Assembly: GCF_009914755.1 (NCBI RefSeq)
Contig: NC_060930.1
Origin: the human T2T-CHM13v2.0 reference genome, Homo sapiens
Direction: 5' to 3' (one strand)
DNA: 64,000 nucleotides
Numbering within the stretch: the first letter of the stretch is position 1; every line of letters begins with the position of its first letter. A program made the position numbers and the translations under genes. Shown piece after piece: positions 16,834 through 33,744 of the stretch. Below the pieces are notes generated by a model, which saw only the letters and a program-made list of their open reading frames with translations, had not been told where the DNA came from and did not search any database.

Positions 16834-17741
16834 AGCTAGCATAGCAACTTACCTTTATAGGAACACTTCTGGGGCTGTCTAGAAGATAATACAATATACG
16901 TATATGCAACATGAGTCACCCGCCTCTAACACGAATCCCTAAATCTACAATTGTGTGCTCAAATAGATATTCCTGGCACTTGTCATCACTTTGCATTAGT
17001 TTTGTGTTTTCTGTTATTTTATTCTGTAGTTTCCAATGACTGGTTCATTTTTTAACAATAGCGAACAATTACACAGTGCTTCGTTTATCCTACACACTGT
17101 TCCAGGTGCTTTAGGCAAATTAATTAGTTGTGACAACAACCTAACGTGGTGCATGCTATTATTGTCCCCGAAGCTCTTACACAGGTGCGTTTTGGAGGTG
17201 GGGTTCCCACCCTGGCACCCAGAGCTCACCCACTTTCTCTGCCCCCTTTTGCTCTATCATCACCTGGGCCACCATTCCCATGACCTTTGCATATCCTCGG
17301 AGTGTTTCCTGTGGCTACTGGCACCCAGAGGACCTCAGTGTGTACTTCTTTGCCTAATGTTGTGCAGGCCCTATCTCGGAATGTTCCATTCCAGATCCCT
17401 CCACCATGGGCTCATTGTGAAATAAACAATGCATGGCCACTAAAGCAGTTCTTTGAAAATGCAGCGTCAACACACCCACATTGACAGCAATGCAAAGTCA
17501 CTGAAATTTTCTAGAATGACATGAGAAAAAATCCTTATAGATAGTCTTTTCCAATGCAAACTTCTCTTTTAAACACTTTTATTAGAAAAGTTTGCTAGTA
17601 AGGCAGGAAAGTAACTTTTAGATTTTTATGAATGAGGGTTTGCTTTTTGGAACCCTTTCAAATTTTGATAGCCTTAAAAAACTACTCTTATTTAACAAAG
17701 AGAAACAGCCAGCGGTAATCTGGAGCTTGGAGTTGATATGA

Positions 17742-17820
17742 GAATGGCTATTTCATCACCAGGTAATTCCTCCAGGTCACTGAATGGCTATTTCATCACC
17801 AGGTAATTCCTCCAGGCCAC
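17742..17820. repeat. 40-bp tandem duplication (2 copies, 1 mismatch)
   Basis: gaatggctatttcatcaccaggtaattcctccagg(t/c)cac x2. Confidence 0.95.
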
Positions 17821-17922
17821 AAGTGAGGCCCATGGAGTAATACAGCCTGTGATTCCCTCCGTCACCCTTCACATTGATTGAAAATGTATCTTCAAAGACA
17901 GACTCAGAAGCTCTTTTGATGC

Positions 17923-17928
17923 TTTATT
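17923..17928 (-). terminator. Distal poly(A) signal AATAAA
   Basis: tttatt on + strand, ~2.67 kb after the stop, consistent with a ~4 kb parkin mRNA. Confidence 0.7.
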
Positions 17929-18006
17929 GACAATTTAAGTACAATCTTAGAGTTGTCAGATAATCTCAACACACTTCAGAGAAAAACAGACTTTTTCTGC
18001 AAAGAC

Positions 18007-18012
18007 TTTATT
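18007..18012 (-). terminator. Alternative distal poly(A) signal AATAAA
   Basis: tttatt on + strand. Confidence 0.45.
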
Positions 18013-18094
18013 TCTATTTTTTGATACATTCATATTTTGTTACACCCTTCCTGTGCAAATAATACTGTGATTCATGTTCATGTGTAGTGGATGA

Positions 18095-18409
<315 letters not shown>

Positions 18410-19171
18410 TGCTCTAACTTATTTTAAGAATCACTGTTCTATTCTGGAAAGGGAAAAGACCACCACCAAGAAGGGAAAGGAGACCATGCTGGACAGCCTA
18501 ATAGTCTAACAGGGGATCCTAGGGTGCCTGAGCTCATGGGAGCAAACCTTGTTCAGGCACCGCAAGCCCAACGCAGCATGCAGATTGGGAAGGCGCAATA
18601 ATGCAAACACCATCAGGAAGAAAGCTATGGATGATGGAAAACACTGTGTGCTCCACGTGACAGAAGGGAGCCACCTGATTTGTCGCATCGGGCCAGTGTA
18701 AGGAAGTGTAATTTAGTGGGACTGCCAGTGACACTAAGTCAGGCCTTGATCAGGGTCTGGACTCAGTATGGACACGAGCCACTGGGTGCAGGGGGCTCAT
18801 GCCTGCCACCTCTCTTTTTTTCCCTTACTATAGAGACTTTGATCTGTCCACCATTTCTATGTGAGCTTTGGGCTTCCTGTCACAGGTCTGTTGTCACCGT
18901 GGGGCCATGTTGGAGTCGGTAGATTTTCAGACAGTGAAGCCACATGAAGCTGTGAATGCTGATGTGGCTGCTGCAGAGCCCAGTCTCTCCCCGGTGCAGG
19001 GCCTCTGAGACGACGGGACTGTCCTCAGATGGTTGGAAGAAATGGGTTATCTTAGGCAGTTAGGAAAAGAGGGACAGGTGTCCCAGGATGTGGAAAACTT
19101 GAGTTCATCCCCTCTCTTCCCTCCAGCAAGGATTTCAGTGCTACATCTAAAAAGAGAAGCCCTGTTGCCGA

Positions 19172-19177
19172 TTTAAT
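19172..19177 (-). terminator. Candidate proximal poly(A) signal ATTAAA
   Basis: tttaat on + strand, ~1.42 kb after the stop; would give a ~3 kb mRNA. Confidence 0.45.
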
Positions 19178-19882
19178 AATTTACAGTCTCTAAATCCAAA
19201 AGGGCCTCCATGTGCTAGTGAGACTCATGCCCTCAGTTATGTTCACGATCTTCCTGAGAAGTCAGACAATACAGGTAGAACAAAAGATAGTGGTTGTACT
19301 TTCTCTTCTGCGTAGTGTGGGTAAGAGCATGCGGTTTGCCGCATGCAGTGTTGTTAATCTTTTGATTGTGTTGTGAATGGCTGAAAAAAAAGCTGAAAGT
19401 TTGATTGAACTGAAATCCAATCCATGTCAACATAAGGAATATTCTAGTGAGTTTACTGTCCTAAGAGAAGGTCTCTCCTGGGGAACCCCTGGTATGCAGA
19501 GCTCCCTGGGACTTGCAGATTGGACAGAGAGGGTGTGCCAAAGGGGTATAAACCCTTCTGATGGAGAGAGTCGGGCGTGTCTTCATTTTGGTAGTTCTGG
19601 AAAGGCTCCTCTTTAAAGATTCTGATTTAATAATGTTCACTTTTGTTAAGATTGAATATCATTTTGAAATCATTTCTAAACGTGTTTCCTTTATAGGCAC
19701 TTTATCTATTAAATTTACAGTGGAGCCAAATGTATTAGCAAAATCTCCAAGTTGCAAAATGAATACTCAGAATCAAACTATAGATTTTTTGGTGATACTT
19801 TCAGAAAAACAATTTCTTTCTAAAGTTGCAAATCATGAAAGGGAATGAAAGTACATTAACTTGATTTCTTCCCTGTAATTCA

Positions 19883-19898
19883 AACATTCAACATTCAA
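19883..19898 (-). promoter_or_regulatory. Two adjacent miR-181 seed sites (7mer-m8, UGAAUGU) in the PRKN 3'UTR
   Basis: + strand aacattcaacattcaa; miR-181a-5p begins AACAUUCAAC. Confidence 0.6.
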
Positions 19899-20477
19899 AT
19901 TAACTTTCATAATTTCTCACTTTGTGACAAGTTGATTTACGCATAGTTGGTATTTCATTAATGCGATTTATATAGATGGAATTCTTAAGGATAAACAAAT
20001 GTTTTTGACTATTGCCTGGGGTTCTTTGGGAATAGATGCTTTCTGAAAATTTAAATAAGAACATTACTGTTAAAGCCATGAATCTAGTTTGGAGAACCCA
20101 CTGCAGTTCATTTTACAGAGAAACACCTTGTCAATGGCATCTTCATGGTGTTTACTGAAGGTAAAAGGCAGGATATTAAATGTGAGAACTCTCTCTCCAG
20201 CTACTGATTCTGCCTGTCTCGAATTCAGGTGAGAATGACCCATACAGATACATGGATTGCACTTGAATCTGTGCTCTGGTATTTGTGTCATCCGGAGGCT
20301 GAGAACGCCTGTTGGTGGTGTCGCAGATGGCTCTGCTGTCTTGTGTGGACAAACTGAAAGGGATTCAGGAGCTTCTTCTGTAATTTTACTCTGCTGTTTT
20401 TCATGGACATAGTGAAAGGGATCCAGGAGTTTCTTCTGCAATTTGGCTGTAGTTGGACTTTGAAAAAAACTTGAAGA

Positions 20478-20511
20478 GTGTGTGTGCGCGCGCGCGCGTG
20501 TGTGTGTGTGT
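20478..20511. repeat. (TG)n(CG)n(TG)n alternating purine-pyrimidine tract in the 3'UTR
   Basis: gtgtgtgtgcgcgcgcgcgcgtgtgtgtgtgtgt. Confidence 0.95.
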
Positions 20512-20592
20512 TTGAAAAGAGAATTAGAAAATGAAGGTAGACACTGGGTATGCTCCCCCAGGATGTGGCGATGGGGCGCCCGGCCGCCCTGG

Positions 20593-20705
20593 CTACACGT
20601 CGAACCAGTGGTCCCCCATGCAGACGCGGTTCCACTCGCAGCCACAGTTCCAGCACCACTCGAGCCTGCACTGGGGCTGCGGACACTTCATGTGCATGCA
20701 GCCTC
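20593..20705 (-). CDS. PRKN: PRKN exon 12 coding part (113 nt; [37 protein letters not shown]; RING2 with catalytic C431, H433, E444)
   Basis: Acceptor ttttctgcccccaacag|GAGGC; TAG stop at 20595-20593; phase 1 matches the end of exon 11. Confidence 0.98.
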
Positions 20706-21047
20706 CTGTTGGGGGCAGAAAACAAAGGTGTGGTGGGTTCGCAGCAAGTACCTGGAAAACACGCATTCCCAAACCAGCACGCTAGCCTAGACATCACTTT
20801 CTGAGCGAATAATCACAAGCAATACAAGGGCAGAGAGAAACTTAACTGAGGGGAAAAACTTCATAAAGCACAATAGGGCAGCTCTAAAGTGATGATATTC
20901 ATTAAGAAATGAATGAAATTGAAGCATGTCACTTTTGTCGGGAACAAATTTTATTTGTAAATCTGACTTTATTCTCCTGAAAGGGGATTTAGAGACAAAC
21001 ACTTCATGTTTCATAGATAGGGGTCAATTCCTCATTTAAATATATTC

Positions 21048-21673
21048 AAATATTAATATATTTATATTTAAAATATATAAATATATTTTTATATATTTAT
21101 ATTTAAAATATATATATTTTTATATATTTATATTTAAAATATATATATTTTTATATATTTATATTTAAAATATATATATTTTTATATATTTATATTTAAA
21201 ATATATATATTTTTATATATTTATATTTAAAATATATATATTTTTATATATTTATATTTAAAATATATATATTTTTATATATTTATATTTAAAATATATA
21301 TATTTTTATATATTTATATTTAAAATATATATATTTTTATATATTTATATTTAAAATATATATATTTTTATATATTTATATTTAAAATATATATAAATAT
21401 ATTTTATATATTTATATTTAAAATATATATAAATATATTTTATATATTTATATTTAAAATATATATAAATATATTTTATATATTTATATTTAAAATATAT
21501 ATAAATATATTTTATATATTTATATTTAAAATATATATAAATATATTTTATATATTTATATTTAAAATATATATAAATATATTTTTATATATTTATATTT
21601 AAAATATATATAAATATATTTTTATATATTTATATTTAAAATATATATAAATATATTTATATTTAAATATATT
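21048..21673. repeat. Pure-AT minisatellite (31-bp units, then 36-38-bp units)
   Basis: 626 bp with no G or C; unit tatatatttatatttaaaatatatatatttt and a longer variant. Confidence 0.97.
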
Positions 21674-21825
21674 GATAAAATTTGATGATATAACCTAATA
21701 TAATGTATAATAATTTAAATATATTTTGATTTATTTTTGCTCTTTCTATAGTGCCACTTACTTGGCTTGGCCAAATTCATAAAACAGGAACTGGGATAGC
21801 ATATTGTAATTATTATTATTTCTAT

Positions 21826-22131
<306 letters not shown>

Positions 22132-23169
22132 TAATAGGGAATATGTTCCTTAATGCTATCCAAAATTTTAATTAAGATGAGAGGGATAGAAAGGAAGTAA
22201 TTAATAATGCTAGGTGTTCTATGTATATTATCTCATTTGCTTCCCAAAGCACTTTGAGATAAGAGCATCACTCTGCTATAGAATTTCCCCAAGGTGAAGC
22301 ACTTTTAAATGGTGAAGACAATGATCTCACCAAGGTCTGTGTGATTCCAATGTCCTGTCATTCACAGAACAGGTTATTTTCAGCATAAGAGGAAAAGTCC
22401 CTTATCTTGGAACTTATTTTGGAATTATTCACCTCCCTCACTTGTTAAACATAGACTCCATGAGTTTCTGGAGTGCACACAGCCCTGCTTCAGTCGCTGT
22501 GGGGGAACTGAAGGGAGGAGGAAGTGATTTGTATGAGGATGTACAGAGAACTGTTTCTGTCCAAATTTCCTGGAAAACCCCGGCAAACGCAGTTTCTTTG
22601 CTTGAATCCCACCTAGCGTTGAAGGTGCTCCATTACTCACTCTTACCAATTATCTTGTTAATTGATTTTTCCTGCCAAATTTTCCAAGTAATTGGTTCGG
22701 TGCTGTCTCACTTTTATTATTAGAAACCTGGCATGAGAACTTTCACTAATTTAAAATATTTATGAATATATAGGAATAGGCATTTGTTTTAAGATAACTT
22801 GCCGACATGCAAAATCTCCTGTTTTCCTAATCCTTTCTGGCTTGTTTTAAAGATCATAAATTACAGATCTGTGGAAAATAAAGGAGAAAACTTACAACAC
22901 TTTTATCTTCATACTTTCCACTTAGGTTTGTGCCATTTTCAGCACATATTGCATGGTTGTATATTTATGATGTAAATAATATGTTATATGGTGTGACATT
23001 ATAAAACCACTTGTTTCTCTAAAATATCATAAATATTTTATCATATCATAAATATATCATTATTATATCATGTATCGTAAAATATATTCAATCAAAATTA
23101 TTGAGCAATACATTAAAACTTAATGAACTATTAAAGCAATTCTAAATGAAAGGGTAAGAAACTTTCCTA

Positions 23170-24500
<1,331 letters not shown>

Positions 24501-25698
24501 TTAGACCGAATGCCAAAAATTAATACCAAGCATTTAATGAATCTGGGATACTAGCATTGTAAATGATATCTTGGTACAGAAGCTAGAATTACAATGGCCT
24601 GGTACAGTAAGAATGGAAATGGGAAGAGAAGATATTCACGTCATTAGCTTTCTTTTCTCCCTAGGGCTTAATATACACAAGGCCATAGAGCTAGACCCAG
24701 GCCATGGAGGAGCATGGAGGACCGCAATTCTAAAAGCTTTGCCAGCTTAAAAGTAAGTGCATCCAGGAAGCAGCTGAAACTTCACGCAGATTTGTGGATA
24801 TAGACATGAAGGGAATATGGCTTCCTTTGTAGTGAGTTCTGTCTGCAGATGGACACTCAAACCATGAAAAGCTCAGCCTACGCCGGGCAGTCGACATCGT
24901 GGCTCCGGCCAGCAATTCTTCCACTAGATTTAATGAGAGCGTGGAAGTCCCTGAACAACCTGAAGGCACATTTGAGGAGAAGCACACACTCAGTCAGGGA
25001 ATGGAGCCAGAATTTCATCTGCTTGAGATGGAAGTGAAGAAATTTCTGGAGACTGGAGTGGATTATAGGAGAAAGTACCAGGGTTTAGCCTGTGCTTAAA
25101 ATGGAAATTCCTCGCATTCTCATTTCAGCTTCTCTGAGGGAGGAAGGGCATTCCTGAAACACAGCTGAGTATGTAACAGGCCACGAACCTTGGTGACAAC
25201 CAGGTAACATCCTTGGTCATAGAGGCTATGTCGGTTTCGGTTACAGTGATGCACTTTTAAACAGTTTAGGCCATCGCTAATAAGCTTCAAGTCTCAGCTT
25301 TTCTGTTTGTAAGTTAAAAATTTGGAGGTAAAAAATTAGTGCTTTCATTTATAGTACATCACAATATTTCCAAGAAATAGCCCGACAGGGAGAAACTTTC
25401 CTACAGTCACGAACCATTTGACTCCTACAACTCCATCTTTGGAGGCTGCCAGCATGTTCTGAGTCCAGGGCAGATCCGATGAATAATTTTCCTGCTTCTC
25501 ATCCTAGAATATCTGCCTGCCTCACAGGATCAAGTCCAAGCCCCAAACCTGCCATTCAGGGACCTCAATTCTGCATCCTACCTACTGCTTCAGCTGAGGC
25601 TCCTGCGTGCGGTGCCTGGAACACGAGCAGCAGGGGCTGCCTCCGCACACCGGCGCGCGCACACCCGGTGTCTTTGCTCATGCAGTCCTGGGGCCTAG

Positions 25699-26199
<501 letters not shown>

Positions 26200-26214
26200 T
26201 ACAAGCTAAGTTTT

Positions 26215-27450
26215 AATTCAGCAAATATTTTTTGTCCGGGCTCTCTTCTGGGATTGGAGCCTAGACGGTCAAGGTCCCTGATCTCACCGGCTTATGTTCT
26301 AAAGAGCGACAGATGGGGAACATGTAAATGAACAAATTAAGCAATGATCTGGGAAGGAAGTGGTGCTATGAAATTATTATTAAACTGGTGGGTGGGACTC
26401 GTTGGGTAAAGGGGGAAGCAGACACTGAGATGGAAAGGGAGGAGGGCAGACTGGGCAGAGGAGAAGCCCAGCTCGGGCACAGCCTAAGAGGCCTGAGCTG
26501 ACGTCCAGGAGCTCTGGGGATGGGGCAGCTCTCAGGGTGGTCCTGAATTTCGTTAGTGGGTTGGGTATTATGACCAACCAGTAGTCATGGGACATGAGCT
26601 CTCCGGGGAAGGGGAGGGAGCCAGAACTAATTGTCTTGGCAGAGGTGATTTCCCAGAGGGCTCAAGGCCATCCACAGGCAGGCCCCCTGCAGAGGGAATG
26701 GCAGTGCCTCCCCCTCGAGAGATGGGATGGTGTTGACAGTGCCCCCCAACAGGAGGGCAGGGGTCTTTGGCAGGGTGGTAAGGGGCGGTCTGACTGAGAA
26801 GAGGTCAGCTGGGGTAAGATCTGAAGGACAGGAAGGAGCCAGCCATGGGCAGTGACGACACAGAAGCGTCCTGGGGAGAGGAGCGGGACTGTGTGGTTGC
26901 AATGTCAGTGGGGACCCCCGGGGGGAAGGGCAGGACTGACATGGCCTTTGAGAAGTCTACACGTCTATGTAGAGGACGGATCATAAATATGCGAGAGTGG
27001 AGGCGAGAGCCCTTTTGGGAAGCTGTGCTTGGAAGAGGAGGCGGGCAAGCAGGGCACTGGCTGGGGACGTGGAGTCAGAGGTGGGCAGACGCTGGATCAG
27101 AGCACGGGGAAGGCCGTGGTGACCGGGGATTGAATGCAGGGTGAGGAAGAGCATGGAATGAAGGATGAGCTTTAGCTTAGCGGCTTGAGGAACTGGGCGG
27201 TGCTGTTGACTGAGGTGGGGTGCACCCTAGAGGAAAAGGTTTTCTAGGAGCAGCTAGCACTCTGCTTTGTGAAATTTGAGCTGTCCATTGAACAATCAGT
27301 GGAGACACTAAGGAAGCAGCTGGCTATTGGAGTCGGACCGAGGGGCGAGATGAGGGTGGGGTGTAGATTTGGGAGCCATCAGTATGTGGATAGTATTTAA
27401 GGCCACAAGACTGGGCTGTATGTTATGTGTCACAAAGGTGAAGTGTCTCA
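26215..27450 (-). mobile_element. L2 fragments
   Basis: attcagcaaatattt, tgaaatttgagctgtc, tttgggagccatcag motifs typical of L2; discontinuous, boundaries approximate. Confidence 0.5.
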
Positions 27451-27534
27451 GGTGTCCCCACAAGCCGACAGTAAGTGCTGAACCAAACAACCACGGAGGA
27501 GAGAAACAGAAAGCAACAGGTCCAGGTTCGCTGA

Positions 27535-27849
<315 letters not shown>

Positions 27850-28820
27850 TGACCACTTCTTATCTTGCAAACTGCCACCACCAGAGTCTGGGCTACCGAG
27901 GAGGCCACTAAGGCATGGACCCCAGACCTGCTGGGTAAATTCTCCACCTGCCGTGCCTGTGACGCCTGCCAGAAGTGGGAACATGGGTGGGTGTTTAAGG
28001 ATCCCCTTTCCCTCCCCACTGCAGACAGAGACCTGGCTGATTTTTACTAATTTTCTAAGGTTATACGTCACACATGTTTATTACAGAAAAGCATAAAAAG
28101 AAATAAAGTCCTCTTTGGTCCTGTTATGCCTAGAGCTACTCACTATGACATGGTAACATCTTGTTTCCAGTCTTTTTCTTCTGATTCTATTTTTTCCCAC
28201 ACACACATTTGTTTCAAAACAGACATATGTGCCACTTGCTTTGAAATTCTGATTTCTCACTGAGGATGGATGTAAACCTTTCCGCCATGCCTTCATAACC
28301 TTCATCCACACGAATCAGAGCACGTCTCACGGAGCGTGTTTGATGCACCGTCTCTGTTACTCCTCCTGCCCATGCTGTGAGGAAGTCCCATTGAAACCCA
28401 TCTTATGAACGAGCAAACTGGTGCTCACACAGCCACAGTCCATGGCAGAGTCCTAACTCCTGCAACACTGCAGTGCCGGGCTGTGTGAAGCTTTACCACC
28501 GATTTATCACAAAATAAACCAATCTTTCTCATACTGAGGCCTTTAGACACTTCGATGATTTTCAGTTTACGCTAATATAAATAATGCTGCAGTTGGCACC
28601 TTTTTTCCTAAAATGTGTGTGGGGGTGTGGGTGTGTTTGCCTATTATATATTTCAGGTTAGTCCTTTAGGATAGATTTTCAAAGGTAGAATTATTGGGTC
28701 AAATAATATAAAGTCTTTATATAGGTATTGCCAAAGTGGTTTCCAGAAAAGTTACGCTAACTTATGATGTCCTCACCAACCTTGAGAATTATTATTAAAA
28801 AACAAAACAAACAAAAATTA

Positions 28821-29586
<766 letters not shown>

Positions 29587-30558
29587 CGCCTTCTGCTCTT
29601 TATAGGTGCATGCCAATCCCTTCATTTTCTAGGAGCACTGCTGCATGCAATGGAGTAATAAGGACACGCTGGGTAAATTATTTATTTTCTCTGCAGGAAG
29701 CCACTGATACAGCACTAAGGACTTGTACTGAGCTAAGCCAGCACCTGCGGCTCTGGGATGTGTTCAAGCACCGTCTTGTTTGTATTAATGAAAACTTCCT
29801 GAAGGACATAACTGAAAAGAGAGAGGCTTGAGTGCCCATCCTGGGATGGCCGGGCTTCCCTCCCGCAAGTCAGCTCTGGGCAACCTGCCAGCCAGGGCGT
29901 AGCTGATGCTCATTAAGGAGAAGCTGGGAGAGGCTGCGCCTGGCTTCGTGTCATTGCTCATCTGTGATGGTGCCGCTGACTCTGCCTTGCACACGTACAA
30001 GTGCATCACATTGAGAAAGGGCTCTCGGACCACTGGTTGTGATGGCTTTGCCCTGAGTGGCATGTCCAGGATAGACAGCAGGAAGTCCCCCACTGGTACT
30101 GTGAGTCATCAGGGGCAGGCCACAGGGATCTTTAAATATAGACGAGGGTTTAATTTTGAATAATGTTGCAAAGCTGGGGAAGGCTACAGACTGACGGCCG
30201 GCAGACAACAGGGTCATACGGTGCAGCCATCAGCGCTGGGGAAGGTCACCAGGGAGGACAGAAAAACCACAGCTGCCTCCTGACTGCCACTTATCCTCAA
30301 CCACTTTCCATATCTTGGTTCTAGTTTCTATATTTATTCCCTTTCCAACCACATAAATGCTAACTGTGTGCCTCACATAGCCATGGAACTACTCACTCAT
30401 TAAATATTTCTGTGTAACAAAAACAATAATAATAGTGATAATGGGTAACATTAATCGAGGGGTTACCCAACACACCAGGCACCTTCAGACAGCATCTCCT
30501 TTAATCCTGGAATCCCTGATGGGTATGATTCTCCCCCAAAGAGCACACGACATCCTCA

Positions 30559-30738
<180 letters not shown>

Positions 30739-31269
30739 CTATTACTGGGATCAGAGTTTATGTTCCCTGTACGTCGGTACAGGAAATTCTTGAAGACAGG
30801 AGTGCCTTCGGGCAAGAAGCCTAAATATCAATGCACTTGACAAATGCTAGACAGCTACTAGGCGGATGGGGACACTCTCCCTGGCATGTGGCGTATGCGT
30901 AGGAGCGGGGAAGAGATTGTTTGGTTTTGTAGTGTGAGCTCCTCTATTCTGTTGTTTTGCATAATTGTAATAAATAACACCTATCAGGTGCTTAAAATGC
31001 AGGCAAGGTGATCAATGCTCAAATACACTTCTCATTAGACACTTCATCAGATGTGAAGTGAGGATCTAGTTTTTATTCCACATTGAGGATTCGATGGGTG
31101 AAAACATGGCCCAAAGCTGGTAAGTGGGAGTATCAGTGTGACTCTGGAATCTTTGCTTTTAAACTTTGCTCTACATCTTGTTATCCTTCCTTGCACCTGG
31201 CAAATGGGGAACTCCAAATGTTGTCACAGAAGGGACAGGAGCAAGAACAGGAAATGAAGTCGATGTGCC

Positions 31270-31510
31270 AGAGAGGGCAGTGGGAGCTGTGAGTGAAGAC
31301 TGTGGCCCTGGAACCAGCTGTCTGGTTCAAATCCCAGCTCTACCCAGACGGGTGACTCTGGAAACATTCCCTAAGCTCTCTGACAGTCTTTATCTCTCAG
31401 ATGAAACACCTTGTGCATTGGGGGTATGGAGGATTCTATGAGTTAATTTCTTCAAAGACTCAGAATGACTCCAGTGTGGCAAGCTTTTAATACATTTGCT
31501 GACATTATTC
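31270..31510 (+). mobile_element. MIR
   Basis: ctggttcaaatcccagctct...gggtgactctgg...tatgagttaat core. Confidence 0.6.
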
Positions 31511-31966
31511 ATGTCACCGAGAGCTGGGTGCTGCCTGCACCATCATGTATAAGGAGGTTTTCTGGTGGGGGTGGAAGCAAGAGGTCCTGGGCTAGCTGTG
31601 CTTGACATCTGTGACCTTAAGGACCAGCCATTCGCTGATTATCCCCAGATAAGATGCAGCATCACCAAAAACATGAATCCAAACTTTGTCATTTCACTTT
31701 CGAATTCCAAGCCTTTTTGAAATGTTAAAGTTTTTGAGTCTTTATAGATGAAGTATTATGAGGAAAATAACTGTACTGCATTTAATAGTTTCTTTAGGAA
31801 TTAGTGTTCATGTTTCTGTTATTTCTGTGGAAAGTCAATTCTTCCAGAGCCAAGATCACATTTGAGACATCCTCATATCCCCAGTTTCTGGCATAGAATC
31901 TGGTACACAGCAGGCGATCAGTACATTTCAGGCAAGTGAATGAATGAATGACGCAGCCCAGGAAGG

Positions 31967-32048
31967 CACTAAACTTTCAGGGGTTACCAAATTTCAGGGG
32001 TTACCAAACTTTCAGGGGTTACCACTAAACTTTCAGGGGTTACCAAAC
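31967..32048. repeat. Short tandem repeat: 4 copies of tttcaggggttacca (17-21 bp units)
   Basis: Seen directly. Confidence 0.92.
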
Positions 32049-33347
32049 ATCCAAAATAGGACCCCGTGAAATGGGCAGGGCACATGGGTGGTATCCCTGA
32101 CAGTGGTGGGGGCACCACAGACAAGCTTTGCCTAGGGCTGGTCACTGGGTGAAGCCAATTTCGTTTCTGTTAATGAGCCATCATGGGCACAAAGGAAACA
32201 CCCTTGAGAACTGCCAGGGTGTCACGTGATTTGTGAATACTTTGCTAGAATAACGTGGAGTCAGCTGCTCGGAGGCAACGGTAGGTCAATGAGTGCTTCC
32301 TTTGCTAAGATCCACTCACGGCAGAGGCCCAGTGAGGGCGCTGTGGTTAGTGAGGGCCATTTCACAACTTGGTAACTAGGTATGCATCTTCATGGCACGC
32401 CTTCCAGTCACCACAGAGTCTTGGGTGGTCCTAACCGTCAGTGACACGTGGCAAACACCCATCCCCCCACCGACCTGCACCCCAACGCCACCCCGGCCTC
32501 ATGTTCCACGCTGTTCTTTTTCAGGTCTAGGGCTCTGTAGCTCTGCAGCAATGGTTTAGATTGCTTGTTGGTGGCAAGTTGGTAAGTCATACAAATTGGA
32601 GAAAAATACAATTTTACTTATCAGAAAATAATTTCAAAATGCCATTTTTTAGCAACATGGCATACTGCATGTGAAGGGCAATTTCTCCCAGGTCCACACA
32701 CCTAAAAATGCTGGATCAAATATGGAAAAAAATCTTTTTTAAACGTACGGCTGATAGGGTGGGAAGGCAAAGGAAACCCTTAAAGACAGCAAATCCTCCT
32801 GGTTCGGGAGGAAGGAACCTGGCATTTGCTGTGGGGCTATCTTCTTAGTCCCGCGCTGCCCATCATCTGGGTCTTCCCAGGCCCTAAGGGCACAGGCAGG
32901 AGACAAAGCCTCCAGCCAGAGCCAGGTGGGAGGTGGAATCCAGTTTTACTACACACAGAGGACCTGGACTCCTGAGGGTGACGTTCTCAGTGGAGGAAGC
33001 CAGGGCAAAAGCCCGCCCTGAAGAGATAATTGACAGATATGTGCTGGTCTCAGGCTGGGTTCTGTGAGGCAGCAGGTTTGGAAAACATTTTTCTGAACAT
33101 TCCTAACCATCAGGCCTCGGACACGAGGGTTGGTGAAAAGAATTCATCCTATCTGATTAGCTTTAAAAAACCTCAAGTCAAAAATTAATTTGAAATATTA
33201 CCAGATTGGCATATACCCTGGAACCAGGCGGAAGCAAAAATATCTTTTGTGGAGCACAGCACTTTAAAAAGCCAAACCTCAAGGAAATTACACAAATAAA
33301 ATTCTAAGAAATCTGGGATCATAATAAAAAAGTTAAAAAGTCACCTA

Positions 33348-33743
<396 letters not shown>

Positions 33744-33744
33744 T

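Noticed and set aside
24849-25099. Protein-like short ORFs (possible processed pseudogene)
   Set aside because: No recognisable homologue, poly(A) tail or TSD
32329-32343. Second CTCF-like motif (cccagtgagggcgct)
   Set aside because: Several mismatches in the 5' half of the core
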